Shown here piece after piece: positions 11,976-21,444 of a stretch of DNA of 64,000 nucleotides; position 1 is the stretch's first letter; every line of letters starts with the position of its first letter. Source of the stretch: an uncultured delta proteobacterium (lineage in GTDB: Bacteria > Desulfobacterota > Binatia > UBA9968); assembly GCA_963840855.1 (NCBI GenBank), contig CAWJBB010000003.1:32001-96000 (forward strand), in the 5' to 3' direction. The position numbers were made by a program, and so were the translations under genes. The notes below the pieces were generated by a model. That model saw nothing but the letters and a program-made list of their open reading frames with translations. It did no database searches and was not told the DNA's origin.

Positions 11976-13205
11976 TCACTGGAGCGCCGACGCCAATGGC
12001 GCGACTTCAAGAACCAACATGGCTTGGTCGTCTCGTTGTGGTGCATCGTTTATGAACTGATCGATTTCACGAAATGCGTTTTCCACTAGTGTTGCGATCG
12101 GCACGTTGGAGAAGTCGGCGCAGATACCGGCCAAACGGTCCTCGCCCAAAAGCTCTTCTTGGTCGTTCATCGCCTCAGTGATGCCGTCGGTGTAGCAAAC
12201 GATCCTCTGGCCGGCGCTAAGCTGGATAGACGATGCCGGGAACTCGCCGTCAGCCATCACTCCCACAATACCCGGGCTCACACAGAGACGTTCCACCCTT
12301 CGGCTATCGTGGGTGAGCAGCATAGCCGGTGGGTGGCCGGCGCCAGCATAGGAAAATTTCTGAGACTTCGCGTTCCACAAACCGAGAAAGACCGTGAGAA
12401 ATTCGCCGGTAGCAAGATACGACGAGATCTGCCGGTTCAGCCAGCGCAGCAGGAACCCCGGCTCGGCGCAGCGCTCTGCGCCAGTGCGAAATAAAACCTT
12501 GGCGACACTGGTCAAGAGCGCCGCGGGCAGCCCATGGCCCGAAACGTCGGCCATCATGATAGCGATCTCATCATTACCCACCGCGACTACGTCGAACATA
12601 TCGCCACCCACCATCTGACTGGGACGATAGCGGTGGGCAAACTTGAGTCCGCGACCATATGGAAAGAGGTTAGTGACAAACCGTTGCTGTACTGCACGCG
12701 CTTGCTCGAGCTCGAACTCCCGTGCCGCTTCGCGGCGGCGTTCCTCTTCCAACCGCCGCGACTGCTCTTCAACGACGTTGCGCAGCTCGCTCAGCGGACG
12801 GTAGGAGCGGATGCGGGCATGGATGCGCGCCACCAGTTCCGATGCGTTCACCGGCCAACTGATGAAGTCTTCGCCGCCCAGCTCCAAACCTTCAACTACA
12901 TGCTGATCGGGGTCGAGGACAGAGACGAAAAGCACCGGAATCTCTGCGGTGCGCGAATTGGCTTTCATCCTGCGGCAAACTTCGAAGCCATCGAGCTCCG
13001 GCATCAAGACGTCCAAGAGCACGACGTCCGGCAGCTCCTCATCGATGGCGGCAAGGGCGCTGGCGCCGTCGCCAGCTTCGAGAACTATAAAGTTTTTGTC
13101 GAGAATGCTGCGCAGCAGAAAACGCTTATCGTCGTTGTCATCCACCACCAGCACCCGAGGGGCGCGGGTGGTGTTGACGTTAGGGGACAAAACTGCGGAT
13201 CGCAC
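11976..13205 (-). CDS. REC-PP2C (SpoIIE/RsbU-type) serine phosphatase
   Basis: Receiver with LLDVLMP; PP2C motifs VGGDMF, ADVSGHG, AGAGHPP, YTDGITEA, DDQA. Confidence 0.93.
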   Translation of the reverse strand: MRSAVLSPNVNTTRAPRVLVVDDNDDKRFLLRSILDKNFIVLEAGDGASALAAIDEELPDVVLLDVLMPELDGFEVCRRMKANSRTAEIPVLFVSVLDPDQHVVEGLELGGEDFISWPVNASELVARIHARIRSYRPLSELRNVVEEQSRRLEEERRREAAREFELEQARAVQQRFVTNLFPYGRGLKFAHRYRPSQMVGGDMFDVVAVGNDEIAIMMADVSGHGLPAALLTSVAKVLFRTGAERCAEPGFLLRWLNRQISSYLATGEFLTVFLGLWNAKSQKFSYAGAGHPPAMLLTHDSRRVERLCVSPGIVGVMADGEFPASSIQLSAGQRIVCYTDGITEAMNDQEELLGEDRLAGICADFSNVPIATLVENAFREIDQFINDAPQRDDQAMLVLEVAPLASALQ

Positions 13206-13232
13206 GCAATGTCTCGCTGCGCCGAAGGCGGT

Positions 13233-13538
13233 CTAGTGGGTCACCTGGAAAAGCTGGTCGAAGTGGCAAAGCCGCAGAACCTTCTCGACGTACTCCTGGG
13301 GCCGGTCGAGCACCACGGCACCGCCGGCTTTTTCGCAATTTTCGCGGGCCAGGAGGAGCATCCCTAGAGCCGAGCTATCGATAAAGCTCACCTCTGACAA
13401 ATCCAGGGTCAGCTCGGAATGGCCTGCGCGCAGCAGGCCCTCCACAGTTCTGCGAAATTCCATGTGCGCCTGAAAATCGAACCGCCCCTTGAGGGAGACA
13501 GTCGTATTACTGGATCCTTCCCTGACGCTGATGTTCAT
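13233..13538 (-). CDS. STAS anti-anti-sigma factor, HsbA-like
   Basis: 101 aa; GRFDFxAHxxFR and DSSALGMLLL (phospho-Ser motif) match my recollection of P. aeruginosa HsbA. Confidence 0.9.
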   Translation of the reverse strand: MNISVREGSSNTTVSLKGRFDFQAHMEFRRTVEGLLRAGHSELTLDLSEVSFIDSSALGMLLLARENCEKAGGAVVLDRPQEYVEKVLRLCHFDQLFQVTH

Positions 13539-13542
13539 AACT

Positions 13543-13992
13543 TCACTCCTTGTTTAGAGACATGACGATGCGTTTACCGTCGCCCTGGATTGCGACTGAA
13601 TTCATGAATTGACTGATCAGATACAATCCCCGGCCATGGGGGTCGCCCTTCAGCCGAGAACTCGAGGCAGGGTGTGCGTCATAGCCTTTGCCCTCATCTT
13701 CGACATCCATTTCCACTCTACCCGGCGCAAGCGAGCAGCCGACGCGAATCTCGCGTTTAGAGTCGGCCTCGTTACCGTGAAAGTGGGCGTTGAGCAGCGC
13801 CTCGTGCAAACACAGCTCGGCGCGGAAAACCCAGTCTTGTTCAAACGCCATCCACTCCATCGTGACACGAACAAACCGCACCGCCGCGCTCAACGCCGCC
13901 GTTGTGGACGGTATCGCGAAGCGCAGCACCGCCGAGGCCCTCAGCGGAGATCCCGCATCATTGCCTTCCTTAATGGCGACCGTCCCGCTCAC
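13543..13992 (-). CDS. Anti-sigma factor/serine kinase (RsbW/SpoIIAB-like HATPase)
   Basis: EALLNAHFHGN, DEGKGY and GRGLYLI GHKL motifs. Confidence 0.9.
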   Translation of the reverse strand: MSGTVAIKEGNDAGSPLRASAVLRFAIPSTTAALSAAVRFVRVTMEWMAFEQDWVFRAELCLHEALLNAHFHGNEADSKREIRVGCSLAPGRVEMDVEDEGKGYDAHPASSSRLKGDPHGRGLYLISQFMNSVAIQGDGKRIVMSLNKE

Positions 13993-14161
13993 CTAAGCCC
14001 TCTCCGTCGGCGGACAACTTGGATAGATATCCAGGGGCGCGACTGCTGCCGGCGACGCGGCGGCCCTAACAGGAGGGCTAAGGTTAGCGAAACGGTTATG
14101 ACGGTGATACAGATCAAGGGTAGGCGCTCCGCGGTTAAGGAAAATTTTTATTCTATATAAA

Positions 14162-14250
14162 TCCCGCCTCTTGAGGCGGGAACGACATTGTGGGGTTTCC
14201 AAAGGGGGTGAGCATCCCCTTTGGTCAAGGGCGGGGCCAAAACCCCGCCC
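14162..14250. repeat. Cluster of three GC-rich hairpins (REP-like or IS200/IS605-end-like)
   Basis: cccgcctc-tt-gaggcggg; ccaaagggg-N8-cccctttgg; ggcgggg-N6-ccccgcc. Confidence 0.65.
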
Positions 14251-14261
14251 GCGAAGTGGCT

Positions 14262-14363
14262 TCGTTTATTGAGTTTTTCGTGCAGCGTCTGAGCGTTGAA
14301 CGGTGTGTGGCGCATCGCCCCTGCATCGTCGACAACCAGAACTTCCATCTCTGGATCGAACAT
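14262..14363 (-). pseudogene. cheY: cheY remnant with a large internal deletion
   Basis: MFDPEMEVLVVDDAGAMR (CheY N-terminus) is fused through HT to PFNAQTLHEKLNK (CheY C-terminus). Good RBS (AAGGAG). Roughly 90 codons, including the phosphoacceptor Asp, are missing. Confidence 0.8.
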
Positions 14364-14453
14364 CCGTAATCTCCTTACTGCTTCAATTCACCCCGAAAGG
14401 TACCAGTGCGTCATCTACTTGGCGGGGCGGAAAGATCGCGGTTACAACTTAAG

Positions 14454-14480
14454 TTATCGGAAACACGCAGCTAGCCTTTA
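14454..14480 (-). promoter_or_regulatory. Sigma28 (FliA)-type promoter upstream of the cheY remnant and partner-switch genes
   Basis: Minus strand TAAA-N15-TCCGATAA versus consensus TAAA-N15-GCCGATAA. Confidence 0.75.
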
Positions 14481-14572
14481 GAGACCAACTGAACGCTTTG
14501 AACAAGGCGACGCGGAATCAGGAAAGGAGTTGGTAATTTGGAACCATCGGAAGGACTTCTATCAATCCGTGG

Positions 14573-14615
14573 ATCATAGCGGGCAGGAATTGGCAATGTT
14601 CCCGCCCGCTATGAT
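14573..14615. terminator. Stem-loop after flgE, probable terminator of the hook operon
   Basis: Perfect 12-bp inverted repeat atcatagcgggc...gcccgctatgat, about 30 bp downstream of the flgE stop. Confidence 0.6.
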
Positions 14616-14644
14616 TTCAAGGCTATGAAAAAACCAGGTTACAA

Positions 14645-15917
14645 TTAACGCTTCAGATTCGACACTTCTTCCAACAAAGTGTCAGTAACCGTGATCGTAC
14701 GCGAGGATGCCTGAAACGCCCTCTGGGTAGTGACCATCTTCACGAACTCCGTGGCGAGGTCCACCGTCGAGAGTTCGAGCGAGCCGGACAACACCGTGCC
14801 AAAGCTGCCGTCATCCGGCGCGCCGATTAACACCGGCCCGGACTGTTGCGATTCGAGAAACAGCGAGTTGCCCAAATGGGTCAAGCCTTCGGGACTGGCG
14901 AAGTCAGCCAGAGCGACTCTGAAAAGCGGCTGGGTTCCACCAGTGGTAAATTGACCGGTTATGGTACCGTCCGTGCCGATGTTGATGCCGCGCAGAACAC
15001 CCGATGTCGAGCCATCCTGGTTCAATACGCTGACCGAAGATGCCTGGGCGTACTGGGTGGTGCCGAGAAAGATCTGATTGGCGGCGGTGATGGTCTGAGC
15101 GCTGGCGCCGTTGGCCCAGGCTGCGGTTATGTTAGCAGGGGTGCCCGTATTCAGCGATCCGTTAGCATTAAACACCAGGGTGCCATTACCGACCTGTTGC
15201 AAGTTGCCAGCCGTGCCGCCGACCTCTGCAGCATTAGCGGTCACACGGTAGTCCCATGTGTTCGCTGCGGTCTTGCGAAAGAGATAGGTCAGATCATGTC
15301 CCTGACCAAGAGAGTCGAAGACCGTTAGCACGGTGGAAAAGTTGGCGCCGGCAAACCAGGCGGCAGGCAAGCCCGACGGAGGCACGCCCACGGGAAACGT
15401 CGGGATGGGGGTCGTCGAAGTTGCATCCAAATTGACCGTCGACGTGATAATGCTGGTGGGCGTCGGCGCGACCACCGACTGGTTGATGACAATGTCGTTA
15501 AGGCCGGTGTTGATATTCCCGGCGCTGTCGAGACCAAAGCCCTGAACGCGCAGTCCCGCGGGATTGACGAGATTGCCCTGGTCGTCAAGCACAAATTGTC
15601 CCGCGCGGCTATAGAAACTCGCCCCCGCGGTATCTCTTAGAACGAAAAGCCCACGGCCTTGGATCGCCATGTCCGTAGGACTGTTGGTGGTTTCGACGCC
15701 GCCCTGAACGAACGGACGCTGCGCATCGGCCAGGCGCGTTCCAAGACCGACCTTGGTGCCGCCGATGTCCGCGCTCAAGAGATCGAAAAACACCGCCCGG
15801 CTCGACTTGAAGCCGATGGTGTTGCACGTTGGCGATATTATCGCCGATGATGTTCATCGCGTTACCGTTAGCGTTGATGCCGCTAACGCCCGCGAAAAGT
15901 GCTCCTGTAAGTGCCAT
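14645..15917 (-). CDS. flgE: Flagellar hook protein FlgE (copy 1), +1 frameshift near 15825
   Basis: N-terminus MALTGALFAGVSG..IGDNIANV in ORF 15609-15917 continues as NTIGFKSSR if one base is removed. C-terminus LELSTVDLATEFVKMVTTQRAFQASSR. Confidence 0.92.
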
Positions 15918-15935
15918 TGAGTCCTCCCTGTTACT

Positions 15936-16025
15936 ATTTTGGAATTTAGATTTTTGGATTTTAGATTGTCGGAAAATAGAATCGCCATCGCGCTCCGTCC
16001 CAATCCAAAATCGGAAATCTAAAAT
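15936..16025. repeat. Inverted short-tandem-repeat hairpin (attttgg/ccaaaat type) between the flgE copies
   Basis: Several attttgga/atttaga units, a spacer, then aatccaaaat/aatctaaaat units. Confidence 0.75.
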
Positions 16026-16038
16026 GTTTAGCGCTTTC

Positions 16039-17310
16039 CTAAGCCTTCAACTCCGTCGCCACGCTGTACATCTCGTCGGCCGTGGTAATCACTCGCGAGT
16101 TCATCTGGAACGCGCGCTGCGACGCGAGCATGGTGACAAACTCCGTCGCGAGATCCACCGTCGAAAGCTCCAGCGTGCCGGAAACGATGTCACCGCGGCC
16201 GCCCGAACCCGCCAGCCCCACCTGCGCCGCGCCGGAGTCCAGCGTCGGTAGGAAAAGCGTATCGCCGAACGGGTCTAGATCATCGACGTTGGCGAAGTGC
16301 GCCAGCTGGATCGTATCGATGAGCTGTGAGTTGCCATTGGAATACAAGCCGCGCACATTGCCCTGGGCATCGATGTCGATGGCTCTCAAGGCGCCCTGCG
16401 GCGAGCCATTCTGCGTCAGGCTGACGAGCGTCGACGCGTTGGCATATTGCGTCGAAGCGGTCGGGGGTGTCGTGGGTGTCGCCGGCGCGAAAAGTATGCT
16501 TGCCGCTGAAATAGTCTGACTCGCCGCGCCGTTTACCCAGGTCATGCCGGTAATATCCGTGCTGGTGCTGGAATTGAAACTGCCGTCCGTATTGAACACC
16601 ACCGTGCCGGCGCCCAATTCGCGTAGGTCAGTGGAGTTTGGCGCCGTTGCGTCTAGTTCGCTGCGCGCGCCCACCACGCGGTAATCCCAATTATTGGGCG
16701 TGGTCTTGCGGAACAAGAACGTCAGATCATGCGCAGCACCTTGCGAGTCGTAGATCGCGGTAACCATGGAAGCGTTGCCGGAGCTAAACCATGCGCTGGG
16801 GATCGCATCCCCCGCCGGAAAGCCGACCGTGGGAGTCGTCGCCGCTGCGTCGAGATTAAATCTCATATCGAGGGTCGTCGTTGCCTGCGCCGGCAGGGTT
16901 TGTCCTCCGGCCAGGGAAATATTCCCGGCTGCGCCTTGGAGAAAATAGCCGTCGGGATTGACCAGGTTAAAGTTTTCGTCGAGGTGAAACTGCCCAGCGC
17001 GAGTGTAATAGCTCGCGCCGGCACCGTCGCGCACAATGAAAAACCCATTGCCGCCGACGGCGAGATCTGTGACGTTGGAAGTCGATTCAAAAGCGCCTTG
17101 AGTAAATTGGCGATCGGCACTGACCACGAACACGCCATGACCGGCTTCGATCTCGCCAGCGACCGTCGGCAAGACGTCGGCGTAGTTAACCCGCGAAGCC
17201 TTGAACCCGGTGGTGTTGAGATTGGCGATATTGTGGCCTACCACTGCCATCGAAGTGCCGAAGGCGCCCAGCGCCGTGCTTGCCGTATACATGGACCCGG
17301 TAATCGACAT
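16039..17310 (-). CDS. flgE: Flagellar hook protein FlgE (copy 2)
   Basis: GHNIANLNTTGFKASR, YTRAGQF and LELSTVDLATEFVTMLASQRAFQMNSR; RBS GGGGAG. Confidence 0.93.
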   Translation of the reverse strand: MSITGSMYTASTALGAFGTSMAVVGHNIANLNTTGFKASRVNYADVLPTVAGEIEAGHGVFVVSADRQFTQGAFESTSNVTDLAVGGNGFFIVRDGAGASYYTRAGQFHLDENFNLVNPDGYFLQGAAGNISLAGGQTLPAQATTTLDMRFNLDAAATTPTVGFPAGDAIPSAWFSSGNASMVTAIYDSQGAAHDLTFLFRKTTPNNWDYRVVGARSELDATAPNSTDLRELGAGTVVFNTDGSFNSSTSTDITGMTWVNGAASQTISAASILFAPATPTTPPTASTQYANASTLVSLTQNGSPQGALRAIDIDAQGNVRGLYSNGNSQLIDTIQLAHFANVDDLDPFGDTLFLPTLDSGAAQVGLAGSGGRGDIVSGTLELSTVDLATEFVTMLASQRAFQMNSRVITTADEMYSVATELKA

Positions 17311-17325
17311 GAATAATCTCCCCAA

Positions 17326-17979
17326 TCAGTGTATCGCCGTAACCGCGCTCAAAGAAATCCTCAGTTGGCCTATTTCCAAAATCGGTTCCGGTCCTTCAAG
17401 ATTGATTCCGGTGACCACGCCGCGCACCTGTTTTATGACGGGCAGTGATTTGCCGGCACTGTCCAGGGCACTCACTTCAAAGCTATAGACTCCCGCCGGC
17501 AGGCTCTGGCCGAGACTATTCTTGCCATCCCATATCGCGCTCTTCGCTCCCGCGTTTTGACTCCCGACGTCGATCTGGCGCACCACCGCGCCACTTCCGT
17601 TCAGCACTTTGACGGTGACCTTGGCCGCGTTGCCCGCGAGCTCGTAGTGCAAGCTGGCGTTGCCGCTCTGGCCGAGATTGAATTCATTGCCTCTGCCGGC
17701 CACCTGTTTGCCGAGGAGCGCGGCGCTGTTGAACTGACTTGCCAGTCCCTGTTGGCTCGTCAGGCTGTCGAGCTTTTCGTTTAGACCGATGAGCTGCTCC
17801 AAACTATTGAATTGCGCCAACTGCACGGCGAATTCCTGATTGTCCATCGGGCTCAGTGGATCCTGGTTTTGCAACTGCGCGATCAATAGCTTCATGAAAT
17901 CGTCGCGGCTGACTTGCCCACCGGCCTTCACCGGCGCGGATTGCGCCGCCGCGGCGCCGTTAATACTTTGAATCGCCAT
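17326..17979 (-). CDS. flgD: Flagellar hook capping protein FlgD
   Basis: FMKLLIAQLQNQDPLSPMDN..QLAQFNSLEQ; WDGKN. Confidence 0.96.
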   Translation of the reverse strand: MAIQSINGAAAAQSAPVKAGGQVSRDDFMKLLIAQLQNQDPLSPMDNQEFAVQLAQFNSLEQLIGLNEKLDSLTSQQGLASQFNSAALLGKQVAGRGNEFNLGQSGNASLHYELAGNAAKVTVKVLNGSGAVVRQIDVGSQNAGAKSAIWDGKNSLGQSLPAGVYSFEVSALDSAGKSLPVIKQVRGVVTGINLEGPEPILEIGQLRISLSAVTAIH

Positions 17980-18078
17980 GAGTTTTTCTACCTTTGTGTT
18001 CTTTGCAGTTAAATCTCTTTTTTGCGTTTTTTCTGTTCTTTGCGGTTAAATTTTTTGCTTCTCTCATCTGGCTCCAAT

Positions 18079-19358
18079 TTACGCCCACATACTCACGCGT
18101 CCCGGTTCTCGAGCGGCCGGTTGGCGCTGAATCGGCTCACGCTCGTCGTTGCCGCCGCGCGCTGTAGAGCCGAAATCATCTGCAGATTGACGTCCGCCGT
18201 CGGCTTGCTGCCGCGGTCCCTGATGGCCATCGCCGCGCCCGCCGCCCCAGCTGCCGCTCTCAATGCGCACGTCCACATGTTCCAACCGGTTTTCGCCGAG
18301 AGCTTGGCGCAGTTCGGGCAAATGCGTTTCGATGAGGCTTCGAGACTCTTGCGTTTCTGCGAAGATGCGCGCTTCAAGTCTATCGCCCTCCAGATGGAGA
18401 TCGATTTTCAACTTGCCTAGTTCCGGCGGATCGAGCTGAATGATTGCGTCTGTCTTGCCGATGTGGACACGGCCGTTGATCTCTCCGGCCACCTGTTCAA
18501 TCACAGGGCGCCATTGGGCCGGCTCCGCTCCGCTCGCCGCCGAGGGCGGATGGTCCGTCAAGCGCATAACGTGAAACACCGTACTGCCATGTTGTGCGGT
18601 TTCAAACGGAACTTGCATTCCTTCATGGGATGGCCCATGGTCGCCATGCTGAAAAAACATACCCTGCTCTCCCTGATTCGAATCCGCTGAACGAGTTTCG
18701 CCGCTGCTAAGAATAGTCTCCGACAGCGCGTGATCATGGGGCGCGCTTGCAGATTTCGTTTGGACCAAATTATCCTTCGCGTAGGCCGGAAAGCCGCGCA
18801 ATAGCGCATGCGCATCACGGAGTTCAATATTATTATGATTCCCCTGCCTCACCTCGGCGCCCGTCGACATGTCTAATTTCGTGAGGCTGGTGCCGGAATG
18901 ATCTACCCCGGTTTCAAGCGCACTTATTTCTAGGCCATTTTTGTAATTCGTGGCAAGATCCTGATCGCGATGGGTCTCGCTTTTCGCCGTGATATCCGCC
19001 ACGGCCTGCGTGTTTGCACTGCCGACAGGTGCGCTGTTGTTTCCCAACGCAGCATCAACCGATCCCGGATCCACCGATTTAATGAGCAAATTGACAACAT
19101 GGTAACTTGCGTCGTAGAGATCCGCGCTTTCAGTAGAAGCGGAATTCGCGCTAGAACCGCCGTCGGAAGAAACCGCGGTGAGGGAACCCTCTGGCGTCGT
19201 CCTTAACCTGTGGATCTTGGGCCGCGGGGGTAGCAAGGATTAGAAACAGCAAAGCGGAGAAATCACCGCGTTGGGCGCCGTCTTCGTTGATAACCCCCCC
19301 CATTCATGGCTTCTTGGACCGGATTATCGTTGATTGAAAAAGAGCCGTTGATGATCAT
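18079..19358 (-). CDS. fliK: Flagellar hook-length control protein FliK; 5' end appears disrupted by two +1 frameshifts
   Basis: C-terminal IQLDPPELGKLKIDL...LPELRQAL domain, located between fliJ and flgD. Likely true ATG at 19358 just below a sigma54 promoter, broken at the C8 tract (19294-19301) and again near 19200. Confidence 0.85.
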
Positions 19359-19373
19359 GTCGCCCACGAATGG

Positions 19374-19389
19374 AGCAAGGCGGATGCCA
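19374..19389 (-). promoter_or_regulatory. Sigma54 -24/-12 promoter for fliK-flgD-flgE-flgE
   Basis: TGGCATCCGCCTTGCT (GG-N10-GC). Confidence 0.8.
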
Positions 19390-19556
19390 GGCCCAAAACG
19401 GCTAATTCTTTGATTGACGAAGGGTTGTGAAATCTTTAGCCTGCCGCGGACGAATCGAAAGCCAGTGGCACTCTTCGGAACTTGTGCGTCGGATGGCGCT
19501 GCCGGCTTCGGTTCGAAAAACGGAAACTAAAATCGGAAAGAGGGAAGGAGTTGCTG

Positions 19557-20015
19557 CTAACTGGGACCTTTTTTCCGGCTTTCCGACTGCGCAAAATTCC
19601 GTTGGGCGATCTCATCGCTGAATCTCTGTTCTGCGGCATGTTGGGCGCGCCAATAGCGCTCTTCGTGGCGTTGCCGCAGTTGCTCCAACGACTTCACCGC
19701 GCGCATCGCTTCCACGACCTCTTCGCGTTTGTCGGCGATCATGTCGTTGAACTGCGCCAGCGCAATTCCCTTTGCATTGATTCGTTTAAGTAACGACTGG
19801 CCATGCTCGGCGCGCAGCTGCAGTTCAATTGCGGTGAAGATTTGGCCCTCTGCGGCGAAGGTGCTAGCCTCAGCCAGTTCGCTTTCAAGGGTGTCAAGTT
19901 CAGCCACCATTTGCCGTCGGGTTTCGTGCAGGGCGCTGAGCTCCCAGTGCTTCTGGTCTCGGATACGCTCGCGCAAGCGCAGTACCGCGGCGAAGCGAAA
20001 TTTGAACACGGCCAT
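19557..20015 (-). CDS. fliJ: Flagellar export chaperone FliJ
   Basis: FKFRFAAVLRLRE N-terminus, coiled coil, EQRFSDE C-terminus; follows fliI. Confidence 0.9.
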   Translation of the reverse strand: MAVFKFRFAAVLRLRERIRDQKHWELSALHETRRQMVAELDTLESELAEASTFAAEGQIFTAIELQLRAEHGQSLLKRINAKGIALAQFNDMIADKREEVVEAMRAVKSLEQLRQRHEERYWRAQHAAEQRFSDEIAQRNFAQSESRKKGPS

Positions 20016-20027
20016 GAGTGATTACAC

Positions 20028-21341
20028 TTACGCGAGCAGCTCGGCGAGAGCCTGCATGCTCTGCTCCAGCGTCGCATCATCATGTTGGTCTTGGCGCAGA
20101 AACTCGCGCAGCCGGGGCAGCAGCGCGATGGCCCGGTCCACGTCCGCATTGATGCCTTTAGTGTAGGCGCCGATCTGAATCAGATCTTCGGCGTCGCGGT
20201 AGGCGGCCATGAGGCGCGTGACTTCGCCAACCATGGCTCGATGTTCTTTTCCGGTCACGCGGGAGCGCACCCGGCTCACCGACGCGAGCACGTCGACGGC
20301 GGGAAAATGTCCCTGTTCTGCGAGCCGGCGCGACAGTTGAATATGTCCGTCGGTGAGCGACCGCACGGCGTCGGCGATGGGCTCATGGGGGTCATCTCCT
20401 TCCATGAGCACGGTGTAGAGTCCCGTTATGCTCCCCATCCCCTTCCAACTCCCCGCCCGCTCGAGCAGGCGCGGCATCAACGCGAACACCGACGGCGTAT
20501 AGCCCTTGGTGGAGGGCGGCTCCCCCACCGCCAGCCCCGCTTCCCGCTGCGCCATGGCAAAACGGCTCAGAGAATCCATCAATAGCAGAACGTCCTGGCC
20601 GCAATCGCGAAAATATTCGGCGATGGTGGTGGCGATAAACGCGCCGCGCACGCGCACCAGCGCCGGCGCTTCGGAAGTCGCTGCCACGACGATCATGCGT
20701 TCCCGCTCCTCGGACGGTAAGGTCCGGGCAACGAATTCTTCCACTTCCCGGCCGCGTTCACCGATGAGCGCGATGATCTTTACGTCGGCGCGGGTATTGC
20801 GCGCGATCATGGCCAAGAGTGTGCTCTTGCCCACGCCGGCGCCGGCCAAGATGGCGACCCGCTGTCCTTTGCCACAGGTAATCATGCCGTTAATAGCGCG
20901 AATCCCGATATCTAATGGTTGGTGAATCTCTTCGCGATCGAGGGGATTGGAAGCGGCTCGATAAACTGGATAAGAATGGGCGGCAATCACGCCTTTGCCG
21001 TCGATGGGGCGGCCTAAGCCGTCGATGACGCGCCCCAAAAGTTCGGGCCCCACCGGGTAATGGGCTTCCTTCGCCAGCGCCACGACTTGGCTTCCCAGGC
21101 CAACGCCGCGCAGGTCCGCCAGGGGCATTAAGAGAGTTTGATCGCCGCGAAAGCCGACCACCTCCGCCAGCACGGGCTCCCCGCCGCCGATGGGTTCGAG
21201 ATCGCAGACGCCGCCGACGGGCAGCCGGGGCCCGCGGCTTGCGACCAGCAGTCCTGTTACTTCACTGACCGTTCCGGAGACGCGATACGGTGAGACGGTT
21301 TTGAGCCGTTCGCGGTACGGGGCAAACAGTGCGTCGTTCAT
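20028..21341 (-). CDS. fliI: Flagellar export ATPase FliI
   Basis: Walker A AGAGVGKST, LIGERGREV, MDSLSRFAMAQRE, GEPPSTKGY. Confidence 0.97.
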   Translation of the reverse strand: MNDALFAPYRERLKTVSPYRVSGTVSEVTGLLVASRGPRLPVGGVCDLEPIGGGEPVLAEVVGFRGDQTLLMPLADLRGVGLGSQVVALAKEAHYPVGPELLGRVIDGLGRPIDGKGVIAAHSYPVYRAASNPLDREEIHQPLDIGIRAINGMITCGKGQRVAILAGAGVGKSTLLAMIARNTRADVKIIALIGERGREVEEFVARTLPSEERERMIVVAATSEAPALVRVRGAFIATTIAEYFRDCGQDVLLLMDSLSRFAMAQREAGLAVGEPPSTKGYTPSVFALMPRLLERAGSWKGMGSITGLYTVLMEGDDPHEPIADAVRSLTDGHIQLSRRLAEQGHFPAVDVLASVSRVRSRVTGKEHRAMVGEVTRLMAAYRDAEDLIQIGAYTKGINADVDRAIALLPRLREFLRQDQHDDATLEQSMQALAELLA

Positions 21342-21366
21342 AGGTCGTGGTTCGTATTACTGGCTC

Positions 21367-21444
21367 GTTCAAAGTTCAACGATTTAAGACTCGGACGAGA
21401 AATCTCAGGTTCAATTTCGAAACGTTGAACATTGACATTGAACC
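21367..21444. repeat. Inverted short-tandem-repeat element (gttcaa/ttgaac family)
   Basis: gttcaaagttcaac ... ttgaacattgacattgaac between fliH and fliI. Confidence 0.7.
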
